64,000 nucleotides of DNA from assembly GCF_009914755.1 (NCBI RefSeq), contig NC_060929.1. The stretch is one strand, 5' to 3'. Every line of letters starts with the position of its first letter. Position 1 is the first letter of the stretch. The DNA is from the human T2T-CHM13v2.0 reference genome, Homo sapiens. Shown piece by piece: positions 1 through 15,295 of this stretch. Under the pieces are notes generated by a model that was given only the letters and a program-made list of their open reading frames with translations, was not told the DNA's origin and made no database searches. A program made the position numbers and the translations under genes.

Positions 1-868
1 GAAAAAAATACTATCTTGGAATAATAAATATTAAGGGGATCAAAATTTTAGTGAATGGATTAAACAGCAGATTTGACACAATAAAGAAAATTAGAGTAAA
101 CTTAAACATTATGGTCATAATTGTTAGGATCTAAGGAGGACAAATGCACGTTTTCTTTTCCACCTACTCAAAAGGTTTCTTATTTTGGGCAGTCACTACA
201 ACATTATATTTCAGATTTTAAGAGATACATTCTTTATGCAAGGAGGACAATTGGCAAGAGTGGGAATACAGGAAGAGATTCAAAGCATTGATAACGGTCT
301 GTTTAATTCTTTATGCAAATTATGTATTTACAGGCACTCAGTATTGAAGAAAGAGGAGGAAGAGGATGGAAAGAAAGAGGGATGAATGTAGGGAGGAAGT
401 AAAAGAGGAGAAAATAAATTCATACAGGGAGCAATGATAGTACTATGATCAAATTAAAATGGGAGGAAAAAAGGCGTAATGACAGTGTCATACATTGACA
501 GTGGGTTGTTTTAGAAAATGAGTAGATATAAAACCATTGGATTATATTAACAAAAGTAAGCCCATAGACTTCTCTTATTCAAATGACTGTTATACACATT
601 TTTTTAGTTGAGTGGCACCATAGTGAAATAAGACTATATAAGTGGGAGCTTTGGAGTGTGGTATCTTTGTAACACTGAACAATGTAAATGTTCCATAAGT
701 TTTGGTTTTCTCATTTGAAAAGTAGAAATAATAAGAACTAATAGTGAAAGTAGTAATAGGGATAAAATGAAATGCCAGTAAATCACTCATCATTATGTCC
801 AGTAACAAAAACAAGTATTTTACAATGAAATATTACACAACATAATGCTTGAGTCTCGTATGTTTTTA

Positions 869-1184
<316 letters not shown>

Positions 1185-1699
1185 AAAGAAAATGCAAATA
1201 CAAAGCAAAGACAAGTTTATATGTATTCCTGAATTTTGTTTGCCTCTCTCTCCTCAATGCATGTTAACAACGACACAAGATAACAGATGGAAGGCAATCC
1301 AGTTTGGGTAGGTTAGCAATTATACATAGAGCTCAGATGGATTGTTATGCCAGTAAAGCAAACTGTCTAAATAACCTGAGACAACCAACAGAAGAAAGAT
1401 TCACACAGTTGGCCGGCCACACTGTGCTTGTGAAGAATCAGGCACTACGTTTGAAAAAGAATTAGGGCCTAAATTGTTGGCATTCTTGCAGATGAATTAG
1501 AACAAACTAGCCTTGAGATGAAAGTTCCGTTCATCCTTGATCAAAGAAGAAGTAGGTAAAGAATTGCCAAATAAATATCTTACAGCCTTAAGTTGTCATG
1601 GAGATTGATCTTAAGTTTCTCCGATATTTTCAAAGTAAGCTAGTTTTATACCTGAAATTTTTCAGAATGCCTGGGTGCTTTTATGAAGATTATTTGAGA

Positions 1700-2470
1700 A
1701 AATAATTAAAATTACTAAAATGAATAGAACTTTTGCCAGACAGATCAGGAGAAACAAAGAACATAAATTATGACTATTAGGAATGGGAGAGAAGAAAGAT
1801 CATTAAATTTCTATAAGTAGTAAAAAGGCAATAAGAGAATAATATGAATAGCTTTATGCTAATAAATTCAACAAATCAGATGAATCAAATTCCTTGAAAA
1901 TCCCAAATTATTAAATTTTAATCAAGAAGAAAAAGATAACCTGAATAGCCCTGTATTTATTACGAAATCAATTTATAGTTTAAACTTTCCCCCACAAAAA
2001 TCTCAATAGACACAAAACACCTTTGCCAAACCCAACTCCATTTGTTACAAAAACTACAAAGTAGAAACAACACAGAACATAATTAACCTGAAAAAGGGCA
2101 TCTATGAAAAAACTACATTGAACCTACATGATTAAATATGGGAGACTGAACTTCCCTCCCCGCAGCCAATATCTGAAACACAACAAAGATATCTGCTTTC
2201 ACCTCTTGTATTTCATATTTTGATGGAAGTTTTAGCCAAGAAATTAAAACGAAAGATGAATTAACAGTGTCTTTATCAGACAAGAAGAAACAGAACTACC
2301 TGAATTCACAAATACTACTGCCTATGTAAAAATTGTATTCAATCTACAAAAATACTATATGAACTTATAAATGACCTTAGCCAGATGATGGAATACATAA
2401 TCAAGATGAAAAATGATTTTATCTCTGTATCTCTGTATCCTAGTAACAAATAAACAAAATTAGAAAGATA
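1700..2470 (+). mobile_element. Old L1M (L1ME-like) ORF2 fragments
   Basis: Degenerate L1 ORF2-like text, e.g. ctttatgctaataaattcaacaaatcagatgaa and aagaagaaaaagataacctgaatagcc. Confidence 0.75.
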
Positions 2471-3289
2471 GACCTACTACATAAATAATCTCTGGTTTTC
2501 CTCTTTACCAGCCTTAAAACAAGACTCAAGAAACTGTCACCATGTGATATGGACTCTTCTTATTGTGCAAAGTCAAACTAATGAACAATTTTGGATGGAG
2601 ACCCAAAAAATACAGTGGACACCACAAAACCATAATAAAAAAAAATTTAAGGCTTTCCCTGTTCCTTCATGAATTGGATAGCCAATAGGAGCCCATCTCC
2701 TCATGCTGATATCTCATCCCTGGACAGGAGAATATGAGGAAATTTAGCCTAGCTCTGCAGCCCCTGTTTCCTTTTTCTACATGTATTATGCTCAGATACC
2801 TCCTCCTTGCACTAGATCTGATGCTGGCTTCGTTTACTGGCCAGGAAGGATATTCAAAACTCTCTTTCACAAATGATGTCTCTGCACACACACAAGATTT
2901 CATCCACCTGGCTAGGAATAAAATACAGTTTGCATTATATAAAATAAGTTTAATAATATATGTGAGAATACTTTAAAAATTTTTATATTAATACATGAGG
3001 TAGATACTATGCCATTTAATAGAGGGAAAACTGAGACTATGGAAAGATCAATAATCTGATCGAGGTAGGACAACAAGTTAATAGCAGACAGAGACTCACA
3101 TTAAGGATTCTACAATGTGTACATCTATAATATTAATTTTATAGAATAATCACTGAATATAAGTTGAATAATGTCCCAGATTAACTATTGCAACACTGTA
3201 AATTGGTTTTATCTTTTATTTTTTCTAATGAAGAAACCTAATAGTGGAGACATTAAGAAAATTGAGTTAGTTTATTGTTTTAAGTGGAG

Positions 3290-3715
3290 AATAAATTATT
3301 GTAACAAATAGACAGTAAAATACAATCGAAGCTGAATTCTTTCTCTCATTAGAGAGCAGTGGTAAGCAATCTATTGTTACCAAGGCAGATCTGCTATCCT
3401 CAATTCATGGCTTCCATGTTTGGATGTAGGACTTTCTTTGCTGATTTTGCTCTGTTCCAGCCAAGAGGGAGAAAAAGAAACAGGGACAAAGTGGAAGGAA
3501 TTCAGAATTCGCCACAGTTTTTTTCTTAATGTCCTGTACCAAAGTTGCACATCTTACTTACACCAACATCCCAGTGGGTAAAATTTGGTCATGGTTATAC
3601 ACAGCTACATAGAAGGCTGCATAGGGCTTCTTTACAGACAAGTGTGTAGAAGATGTTATTACTAAAATGTTCAACAGTTGGCGATGAGACTTTGGGTACG
3701 ACTAGCAGTCTCTCA
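3290..3715 (-). mobile_element. Old MaLR LTR (MLT1J/K/L-like)
   Basis: Degenerate motifs aagttgcacatc...catcccagtgg...tggtcatgg...agctac...aggctg. Confidence 0.5.
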
Positions 3716-5968
3716 TCAGGGTCAAATAGCCAATAACAAGTGGCTCATATTTGAACCCATGTTCATTTGGCCTCAAAATAAGACATAGACTAACAAGTTT
3801 AGTCCATTTTATATGAATAATATATGAATTAATACATGCTTCCATATAACAATGTGAATTTTAAAATTATATATCATGCTAAGAATTCAGGCATTCTTGG
3901 CAAGTATGTAGGAAGGGCCTGTTAATGTCTTTCCTTATGTAACCTTCTTAGCTTAATGTACCCTTCATTAGAACCTTCTTAGAATAGGGCAGTATCTGTT
4001 TATTCCATATAGTGAGCTCCATCCACAGAAGAGTGCATAACTTCAACTGAAGTCATTCATGTCTTTATACAGCACCTCCACCTTCACAAATACAGAAAGT
4101 ATTCATCATTTAACTAAACACGGTTATGGATACAAACTTACCTGCTGTATTAGATCTTGAACCTAACTGTATAAATCTAATTGTCTATGTATTTCCTTGT
4201 CGATAAGAGACAGAAAAGAGTCCTTATTATGCCAGTATCTTTCCTGACACCATTTTTCCATTCTTTGTAAAATCAGCATCTCACTTACTTTCACATGTTA
4301 ATTTTATGTTTTGATTTTATCAATACATTGTATCCTACTGTCACTTTCTTCTACATTATTGTTCACAAAATATTTAAATATATCTGTTTAGTCTAAATTA
4401 GGAACAAAAAAGGACAAGAAAAAAAATATTTTGGAAATCCTTTACACTGCTTCTAGACACTTTTGTTTCCCCCTTGGTTATCTAATCTCCCAGACAGCAG
4501 AACATCACAGCCTGGTTCATGTTGATTCTTTTTTCATTTCTGCTTCAAAACCTTCCCTGAGAGCAAAATGATTTTCCAATACCAGCTGCAAATTCACTAG
4601 AGACAAAATGTATTTATATTTTCCTCTAGTTTTATTATATTTTTTCCCTCCTTTAACTTTTGTATATGGCCACAATTTTCAGATTTTTAATAATGCCTCC
4701 TTACTTTCAAGTCAGATTTTCTATTGGCTTTGGACAAAGGTTTGGTAATGGAAACTGTTGTAACACTAAGAAAGGAGCCTATACTTCTTAGCAAAGAATA
4801 ATGCCACAGGTGATCAAATAAGGCCTGCTGAAGTGGTTTCCTATAGAATAATATGAAATTAAATACAGCAAGTCAAATATTTAAAACGCCTGTAGAAGCA
4901 AAGAAAAACTCACAAATAAATGTGTTATTCCAATGAATCTAATATGCGTAAGGCCAGATTTATTTCCATAACCAATTTAAAACTACAATTAAAAGTTTGT
5001 TCACTAATATTTTTCACGATATTAATTATGGCTAAATATAGGCCCATAGTCCAAAAGTAAATCATGTATCATTCATTAGCATACATAAAGTGAATATTGT
5101 TATTGCAAAGAAAAAAACAGCAAATTATTTGCAATCATCAAAGATGAATGCAATTGTAAGAGTATTGACATTTTTAATTTTCTCAATTCCTGTATGAAAT
5201 AAAATCACATAGAAAAAAAACACTCATTTAAAATTTACATGTAAGTACAAAAAAAAATGTACCACTAGCCCTACAAAAGATATTAGAAAATGGAAATATG
5301 TGTATGACCTACAAGTGTACTCCTTGAAAGATTAATTATAATCATAACAAAAGAGAAAACAACAAAGAGCAGGTGTAAGCAGTATTGAAATTTCCCAAAA
5401 CCAGGCACTATGTAAGAGTTAAAATTATTGAGGAATAAGTTCTAACTAATCTTGTGGGGGTTTTTTTATTATATAAAACTATATTTTACTGAAACCACTT
5501 TAACATAAGATTTTATTACTGAGTAAAGAATGATTATTAAATGATTTGGTATTTTCATATTTTTTTCTCTCTCAACGTTAGAGTTTCTAGCATACAAATT
5601 AAACACTCACAATAGTCTGAGTCCAGAGAGAATTTCAGGTGGAAATGGAAAACACAATAATAATGGAGAAGGGAAGATTGGTGGCAGTCCCTTGTCTTGA
5701 ATGAAAAGTGAGAGAAAACATTAAGTTTTTGACATCCATAATTTTTGGATAATTTCTGCTGTGTCAAAGGCATCCTTAATTAACATATATGGATATCATA
5801 TTTCTATTATCCAGTAAATCAATTTCCCCTTTGGCTTTATAATCATTTATTTTCTGGAAAGAAAAATATATATTCTGGCCAAAAAATCTATTTTCAATTT
5901 AAGTGTTAGACTAACATGGGATATAATAGGGATATATGGATGCAAAAATAAAAAAAAGCAAACACACC

Positions 5969-6332
5969 TGTATTAATTTATTTTCACACTTTTATATAGT
6001 ACTGCCAGAGACTGGGTGATTTATAAAGGAAAGACGTTTAATTTACTCATAGTTCCACATGTCTGGGGAGGCCTCAGGAGACTCACAATCATGGTGGAAG
6101 GCACCTCTTCACAGGGTGGCAGGAGAGAGAATGAGTGCAAGCAGGGGAAATGCCAGACACTTATGAAACCATCAGATCTCCTGAGACCCACTCATTATCA
6201 TGAGGGGAGCATGGGAGAAAACAGCCCCATGATTCAACTACCTCCACCTGGTTCCGCCCTTGACACGTGGGGATTATGGAGATTACAATTCACAGTGAGA
6301 TTTGCATGGGGACACAGAGCCAAACCATATCA
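5969..6332 (-). mobile_element. THE1 (THE1C/D-like) MaLR solo LTR
   Basis: Ends TGTATT...ggggacacagagccaaaccatatCA. Internal gagactgggtgatttataaaggaaa and acaatcatggtggaagg. Length 364 bp. Confidence 0.92.
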
Positions 6333-8639
6333 CACTTTTCCACAGAGAGGAGTAAGGCAAAAGGGATTTTCCTGTGTGGTGTAGTGTGGCTTGGTGGATT
6401 GTGATGTGGAGAAAAGCAAATTCAAATGTATGTAATGAAAAGACGTATACTTAAGGAAAAATTAGTCTACAATGGAGTCAGGGCAGCACGATGGTGATTA
6501 GGAGCCTAATTTTGGTGGCAGAATATCTGCATTTACATGAGCGCACTTAGACTTATTTATGCTGTGATTTGGAAGGAGTTGCTTAGACTCTGATTTGTCT
6601 CCTGCACTGTAAAATGAGAATGATAGCAATACTCCCTAATTCTTAGGTATGCTTGGCCAAATTCCACTGCTCATGATGTAAATGTTTCTTCTTGTTTTGA
6701 TAAAAACTCTGCATGGAGAAGACATTCTAAATCTTTCTACAACTTAAGACATTACTCAGTATATCAGAAAAGCTAATGAGGACTAGATTTTTATTTTGTG
6801 TGGCCTACACAAAGCAATAATATATCAATATTTGTGGATATAAAGTATTTGATTTCACCAAATGTCTCTCTACCCTTGGGAGAAGTTTAATACTTTGTGT
6901 AGTCTGAGACTTTTAAATATGACATCTGTTTCACAGATGTAAAATGTATTTGAATGAAAGTTCTTTGCTGCTCTAAGCTGCATTAACTTTGTTTCTGCCT
7001 AATTAACATGAACAAATCCTGATAAAGCCTTTTTGCTGGTCCATGTGTCACAATTAGAAATTAATCTGCCGCACTATTATGTAACACGAGGCAAGATACA
7101 GCAGTGGAAAGAACATGAACTTGAGATTGTGATAGGCTTCTTTTCACATCCCAGTTCCACCAAATATTAATAAGGTACAATTAGATAAGAAGTCTCTTAA
7201 CCTCTCTGAAATGGGTTCTGCAGAGAGCTGTGGATGTGGAAAGAATGGATCAAACAGAATAAAATAATGAAGGACATCAATTAATATTTATAAAACTCAT
7301 ATATTTCCATTTTAATATATTACATTTTTCTGCTTTCAAACATCAAAAGTGAGAAAAATGTGCCTGACAGGAGTTTAAATAACTGCATCTCATAGTCACC
7401 TGAGCATACTAGTGATTGCTGTTATATTCTAAACTTATTTCAACCAGGAATTCCTGGATGATAAAGCCAAACATTCCTTCTCCCAAGGAAACCTCTGTCA
7501 CCACATGGGGACATATGTGGTTTGTAGTTTCTACCCTCTTCCCTCCCTACATTTTCTAAGGAACAATTTGTGTCTTTCGTTGGGGCTTGCTATGAGGTGG
7601 AGTCTCATCTCCATGTGTTATGATTATCCTGAAACATTAATACAATGTCTGACATTGAGTACTAACTATTAATTCTCATTTATATTCTATAAGACAAGAA
7701 AACATTTACTATAGGAACATGGGACTCATACAAACTCTTCATGACTAGTAGTGGCTACTACACACTTTAAATTATATTACCAACATTAAAATGCCCTGTA
7801 TTATTTACTGAATGCCTACTCTGTACCTGATACATTCCTCTGCCCTTTATATACAAAAATCCCATAGGTAGATATTATTTTCTTCATTTTATAGATGAGT
7901 AAAAACATTTTATTTTAAAATTTTGTACAAAAAAGTAAATTCATTTCTTCATTCCATAATTCATTTAATACATTTTAGTTATATGCCATGTGCAAAAAAC
8001 TGGACAACTTTTTGAGCAAAATTGTGCTTTTAGAAATGTATAGCCTATGTTTTTTAAAGATTACAATACAGTTAAATGAATAAAAATATACACAAAAATA
8101 AGAAGAGGGAAAAATTCAAACAGTTTATGAGTATGTTCAAAACTTGTAGAACAGATGATAACTTGGAATCATCTAGAAAAGTTAGATTCTTATGTTCTAG
8201 AAAACAAGAAATCCTCTTACCATGATCTGGCAAAGTAGCTCTTTCTGCAACTTGAAATTTTTAGTTAACACTATCTTTCCGATATTGGGCATGTTGAGAC
8301 ATGAAAATTAGACTCTTAGATATGATCTTTGCTGTAACAAGACTATTATATAACATTCTATTACACAGGCATGCCACTTTTTTAAAATTCCATCTCCTTT
8401 TCTTTGTTTCAATTTTTTTGCTATAAAACAATGCTTGAAATTTTTTATGCATTCATTCTTGTGTACATGTGATTTTTTTCTTACAAGTACATTATAGAAC
8501 ATGAGAATCTATAACTTTATTAAATACTGCAAAATAGCTCTCGCAGGTAATTCCCAATTTATATTCCACATTTAAAACCTAGCAAAGTAATCTTACTTCA
8601 TTTTTTAGAGCTTGCAAATATTCTTGGCCTTTCTTGGAT

Positions 8640-9084
8640 CTAGGAGAGACTAACTAGGAGTCTGACACCTTTTAAAATCTAAAAAGACACATTTACCATC
8701 TATTCTCTATGAAGCCTGCTACCTGGAGGCTTCATCCACATAAGAAGAACCTTGGCTTCCACAACCCACCTTATCTTACCTCAAGCAATTTTTTTCTACT
8801 GACTTCAAGTCTTTACACAAATCTTAACTCATTCAACCAACTATCAATGAGAAAATCTTAGAATCCACCAATGACCTGTAAGCTTCTGTCCCCCAGTCCT
8901 GGAGCCTGGAGATGTCATGCCTTTCTTCTTCCTCTCTGTAATATATAAAACCAAACTGTAACCCAACCACCTCAGGCACACATTCTCAGGACTTCTTGAG
9001 ACTATTCCTGGGTACATAGTCACTCATATTGGCTGAACGTAAACCTCTTTAAATATTTTATGGAGTTTGAGTTTTTAGTCTACA
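8640..9084 (+). mobile_element. ERV1 LTR, MER39/MER34 family, 5' part missing or degenerate
   Basis: gaatccaccaatgacctg, accacctcaggcacacattctcagga and the 3' end tcactcatattggct...ctctttaaatattttatggagtttga resemble the MER39-type U5. Confidence 0.75.
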
Positions 9085-9260
9085 AAAGAATGGTATCTGT
9101 CATAGAATATGAGATAATAAATATTTGTTAAATGAATACATGTCTCTAGCTTTCAGGACTGATCCACCACATAATATTTTTCAGGTTGAGGGACATAAAG
9201 CTAATTACACAATTAGTACACTGCCCAGCACATAGTAGCCACTCAATATATGCATCTGTA

Positions 9261-9543
9261 GGCCAGGCGCGGTGGCTCATACCTGCAATCCCAGCACTTT
9301 GGGAGGCCGAGGCGGGCAGATCACCTGGGGTTGGGAGTTCGAGATCAGCCTAACCAACATGGAGAAACCCCGTCTCTACTAAAAATACAAAAAATTAGCC
9401 AGGCATGGTGGTGCATGCCTGTAATTCCAGCTACTCAGGAGGCTAAGGCAGGAGAATCGCTTGAACTCATGAGGCGGAGGTTGCAGTAAGCCGAGATCAT
9501 GCCATTGCATTCCAGCCTCGGCAACAAGAGCAAAACTCTGTCT

Positions 9544-9574
<31 letters not shown>
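9261..9574 (+). mobile_element. AluSp-like, full length, A-tail followed by (TA)n to ~9613
   Basis: accaacatggagaaacccc and cggcaacaagag diagnostics. TSD atgcatctgta on both sides. Confidence 0.95.
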
Positions 9575-9617
<43 letters not shown>

Positions 9618-9619
9618 TG

Positions 9620-9765
9620 CATCTGTAAAATGCAGAATAAAATAGGTAGATCATAGAGGTTTCATGAAGATTAAATAAGGTGACATATAAAATAAAATGT
9701 ATATAATACATAAAAACACTTATCTTAGGCTGTAGTAGACACTGAATAAATGGTAGTTATTGTTA
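9620..9765 (+). mobile_element. MIR
   Basis: catctgtaaaatg...gaagattaaataaggt...aataaatggtagttatt core and 3' end. Confidence 0.75.
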
Positions 9766-11106
9766 AAATCTTGAAAGACTAAAACTAATTTAATTTACAT
9801 GTTCAGTAAATGTTTATTAAATTGAATGACTGATTAAAAAGAGACAAGGGAAGTGATGGTAAAAATAAAATTAGGCCAACTATTGAACTTTGAAGCAGCA
9901 GGAGGATTACAGTAACGAGACATATTTCTGAAATGGTACAAAAGGTGATTTACAAATTATTATTTCATTTTATTTCTGCAATTTAAAAACATTCCTACAA
10001 TGAATGCATATATTACTTATGATATGAAAATGAATAGCATGAATAGAAATCTTTATATGGTAGCATGCCATCACTAACATAGTTCTCACATTTCTATTCA
10101 GCAATAATGAATAATTTTATATTTAAGTCCAGAAACTCAGCAATAATGCCTCTCAATTTCTGGTTTTGTATTTCAGTAAAGTCCAATAACTCAACAATAA
10201 TGAATATTCAATTTTTTTATTTCTAAAAGCAGTGCACCCCAAACTTGCTATTTGATATGTTAGTTTACTTTGTATTTGGTTTTAGAGAAATAAAGTAATT
10301 GCTTCACCTCCATTTTTAGGCTAAACTACTGAAGTGAAAATATTATTTTCTAATTTATTAATGAGCTTTAAGGCTGCTATCCCAATATGGATAAATCAGC
10401 TCTACAAGATATTGATCTATATCTTCAATCAGCTTCCTTGAATATACAGAGTACTATACCTAAAAGATAAAAATAATATCATAGAATAGGCTTTCACTTG
10501 TTCTAAAGCATCATCCTTCAATGTTCCTGATAATATATATTTGAACTCTAATTCTTCCATGTCCTCACCACACTCTTCATTGACCTGACACTTAACCACA
10601 CATTTTACATTGGACACAGTATTAATGTGCACCTAGAGAAAATCCTAGAATCTTAGTAGGTTACCACCAGAAAGCCATTCTTTAGTTCTTCTAATTTACA
10701 CAAAGTCCAGTGTCTGTGTGCTAGGCATGGCTGGGGGGGTGTTGGGGTAGGGGCTCTGGGGTTGTACAGTAATGGATTCTGTTCCAACTGCCTCCACGTT
10801 GGCAGTATTGCTAACCTCTAGGATGTCCAGACCCTTCGCTGAAAACTAAACTTCACAAGCCAAAGAAAGAAATGAGAGAGGACAAGATCCCCTACAGACG
10901 GGATATTTGAGAGAAACTGATACAACTAGAAGTAGGACTGGGAAATGCCCGCTGAGAAGGTACCTCTATAGAAAGGAAGAAGAATCTTTGTGGAGAGCTA
11001 GCTGTCTCTTCACAACTATGCCACAACTCTGAGATATCTTTGCCTTGGCCTGAACTCAGAGTCATTTTATTTTTGTACATATCAAATTAGGACAGTGCCT
11101 GGCAGA

Positions 11107-11355
<249 letters not shown>

Positions 11356-13099
11356 TTAATGTATGAGCAAGTCTTTTAATCTTTTAATATAAAACAGCAT
11401 TATTTTTATAGTTATCTGAAACTATATGCATGTGTTTCCATAGGAAGGTACATGTGCATATAAGAAGACTAAGCTATTGTGACCCAAGCTTGGATCTAAG
11501 ACCACATAACAAACAGAAAAGATAAAAGTTAATCATGAGACATAAATAAACAACTAAACAAAGTAAACAAATCAAGCAAGAAGAGAGAGAAACCAAGTAC
11601 AAAAGCAAAATCAGATGAAAATCCAAGATAGAATTTAAAAAAATAATGGATGTAAGACGCCAGCACCAAGTGTCCAATGAATAGCAGTAATTTACAGTTA
11701 TATATATATATATATATGTTTACATGTATATATAAGTATACATGTCTATATATACTTATAAAACCACTGAAGAAAGAATAATTAACTCCTTCAGAAGTAT
11801 ATCAGATAAGTAATATTTATTTTTATTGGATAATAAAAATAATAGCACCTATTAATATTTACCAGATTGTGGAAAGTATTCTCCCCCTTTTCTTTCTCTT
11901 TCTCTTTCTTACTTTGTTGGATCTATAAAAACCTCTGCCTAAAATTAACTAATGCTGATGGGAAAACCTGTTGCATGTGTTTGCCATTTTGCTTATAATA
12001 GGGTGTGAATAAGCAGCTGAAAAATTAGACATTGTTGTTATTTGCAAATCCTCAAATGTCCTGTTATTATTAAGGTGCTGAGAACTGGTAATTAAGCAAT
12101 TACAGTAAATGTTGGAATTTTTCTACATGAAGCACACATAGACTGACTTTTCAAGATGGTAATGATGGAGATAACTTGAAACAAAAAAAGAGAATTCATT
12201 CATGCAAAAGATTTGTTGACATTTGTGTCAGCTAATTCATTTATATCATTAGTTTCCACATGATAAAGAGACTTCAAGTGTTTAATGAGAAAGGAATTAA
12301 AAAATACATGTAGTTGATGGAATGTGAGGTTCTTACAACATTTTAATCTAAGAATATATTCTGGGCTAGTTGCATATTTCACTTGACTATGAAACGGATG
12401 CTGTTAATTTGCCATAATGTATATCCACTCAAACTTGCCCTTAGCATGTCTGCCTATGAGATCCATCTCATATGTCCTATTGGCTTTCATAGGGTGGGCT
12501 TCTTACCAGATTACATATTAGTGTTCTATCATTGACAAGATTGATGTCCAGTACTCAAGTTATAGAAGACACATAATTTTATATAATGAAAATATCCAAA
12601 ACATTCAATGGTGTTAATGAAGGATTATGCCCTCCTTTACATGAATGGCATTAAATACCAATACATTATAGTAACAATTTGAAATGGTGACTTGTTGTTA
12701 AAGGAGGTTTGAACCCTTAGGAATTGATTTTTTAAATAGATTCATATCCCAGCATTCACCATGGCCTTTCTCTTCTATTTTCCCTAACTCTGGTTTTAGC
12801 AGTTGCTGCCTTATTAGTTAGCGATAGGGGATTGTTTTTGGGGTGTCAGTAAATTTGCATTCAAGGGCAAAGAGCTTGTTTTTGAGGGAAGAGCCGCCTA
12901 TACATGAAGCATGCATGCCATCTTCTCCACCTTTCTGTATTCTCACTGGAGTTCAAGCATCTAAGGGAACAGTCTGGAGTGTTGTAAAGTTGAAATGATG
13001 ATTGTTCTTTCCCCACTAATTGTCACAGGGCAATTGCCTTTACAAAATATTAATCTCCTAGGGCTGTGAAGCTACACCATGTCTGCAAAAGCTGACTGT

Positions 13100-13290
13100 T
13101 TTCTTTGTAAGTTGTACGACCTTAGGCAAGTTACTTAACCTTACTGGGCGTCAGTTATTTTATCTGTAAAGTAAAAATAATAGTACTACATCCCTCAAAG
13201 TGTTTCAATGAGATAGATATGAATTAATGCATATGAAGGAATTAGAATAATGCCTTGCATATGATAATTACTCAACAAATGTTAGACTAG
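13100..13290 (+). mobile_element. MIR
   Basis: gaccttaggcaagttacttaacct...tcagtt...atctgtaaagt...ctcaacaaatgttag. Confidence 0.85.
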
Positions 13291-14229
13291 AAGTGACTGT
13301 TAATAATTTATAACTGAAGTAATAACTCAAATTTATAATTTCAGTTCTTCCATGTTCCGCAGCCATTAATCAAGTAGAAACCAAAAGTCAAGGAAACAGA
13401 AAAATAAGTCAATAGAACTTGGCTACATCTTATAGACAAAACAAAATAAAAAGTGCTTGCAATATCCCTTTGATGATGACAAAAAATACGTCAATTATTA
13501 AGAATATAAAGTTGACAAATAGGCAAGAAGAGAAGACAATATGAACTTCTATTGCAAATAAATATATGTAAAAATTATAGAAAAAGCACAAGCTCACTGG
13601 CCTTTTCCCACTCTTTGAACTGCTGAAGTTATTGTCTTAGAATTGATGTTTGCCAATAGTAGTACTTGTTTCAAAGCTCTATCTAGAGTTATAAATTAGC
13701 AATGTGAGTAAAAACAATAAGCAATAGTAGTAATTACATATATGAATAATAAATGAATATACAGTATATAATACAGGTGTATATATTGTATACATTTTAT
13801 ACATAATATAATGTGTATGTAAATAATATATACAGTTTTATATATCACAAGTAAACATAATTACCATCGTTATTATTCATTTGTACATGTAATACATATA
13901 TAAATATACCATCATACATAAATGTCCCCACATATATAAATATACCACATATATAAATGTCCCCATCACAGGACTCATTGCACTATATTTGGTTTCGACT
14001 ATTTCAAGCTCCTTCATGGGCTCATTATATGCTCATAACACCCCTGCTATCAAGAGACTTTTTTATGCTTCTCTCTAAACCTTTCTAGTTTTCCAAAAAT
14101 CTAATCTTCTTAAACTTTCCTAGTCAACATACTATAAGGGATGACATCACAAACAATGGAGACAAGGATGCACTTTCAATTCTGATTTTTTATTACTGCA
14201 TGTATAAATTTTGAAATTGTTTCACTCCT

Positions 14230-15100
14230 TCCTTCCTTTATATATTTAATGATTTTTAGATTATATACTATGTGCGAGTGCTTGGCTATTTGCTGTCTAT
14301 ACAGTGGCATAATGATGAACGAAAGGTATATTGTATGTGCATTTAAGCGATTTAGAATCTAGTGATGAATCCAGCTGCTGACACATAGATAATTAAAATA
14401 TGAATTTGGTAAATTCTATAAAGTAACAGTAGGAGTGTCTATGAGAAGAGATAAAGAGAAAGTAGAGCTGTAAAAGCTAAAAGGAGTAGTGGTTCATGTT
14501 GCTTCATCTGTGTTGAGGATTTGGAGTTTAATCTAGATGCACTTGGAAGCCTCTGAAGGATTTTAAGTGCTAGAATGACAAGACCAGGTATCTGTTTATA
14601 AAGGATCAATCTGGATGCTGGATAAGGAAGAGTTTATACGGTGCACAGGGGAAAGGGGATACCAATTAAGAGCCTATTGCAGTGTTTCAGGTGAAAAATG
14701 ATGGCAAATAAATTAGAGTGGAGAAGGTTGAAAAGAACCAGACAGACTTGAGATACATTTCAGATGAGGAGCTGACAAGACTCACTAACAGAGTGGGTTT
14801 AGGGAGAGGTGAGCATGAAGGAGGTGTCAAGAACGATTCTCAGGTGTGTTACTTGAACACCTGGTGGATGGAAGGGTAATTACTGAAAAGAAGAGGCTGT
14901 GGGGAAACCAGATATGAGTCACTGGGAAGAGACTTAGAGTCCAGTTTTGTTCAGGTTAATTTTGAGATTGCAGCAAAGCCTCCAAGTATGTATACTGTCT
15001 ATCTTAACTACAGGAATCAGAAGCTCATGAAAGAGTTTGAGATTAGAAACATAAATCTTTCAGTCGGCACCAGAGCACATCTAAAGAGTTGGCTTCCTCA
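14230..15100 (-). mobile_element. L2 fragment
   Basis: Purine-rich L2 antisense text: ggaagcctctgaaggattttaag, aaaggatcaatctggatgctg, gaggtgtcaagaacgattctcagg. Confidence 0.8.
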
Positions 15101-15243
15101 TTTGAAAATGAGAGTGGCAGTGCGTGTGGTAGTAAATATTAATATGTGTAAAATTCCAGAGACATGACACTGAGCAGGTACTCACGGAACACAGATGTGT
15201 GGGCTCCTAGGAAACCTAATGATATTCTTGCAATTCGACTTTT

Positions 15244-15245
<2 letters not shown>

Positions 15246-15294
<49 letters not shown>
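15246..15294. repeat. (CA)n microsatellite, ~24 units
   Basis: Read directly from the sequence. Confidence 0.98.

Positions 15295-15295
<1 letters not shown>

Noticed and set aside
13894-13965. ~36-bp tandem duplication (similar ones at 27678-27723, 23162-23207, 59845-59875)
   Set aside because: These are ordinary two-copy slippage duplications with no sign of function.
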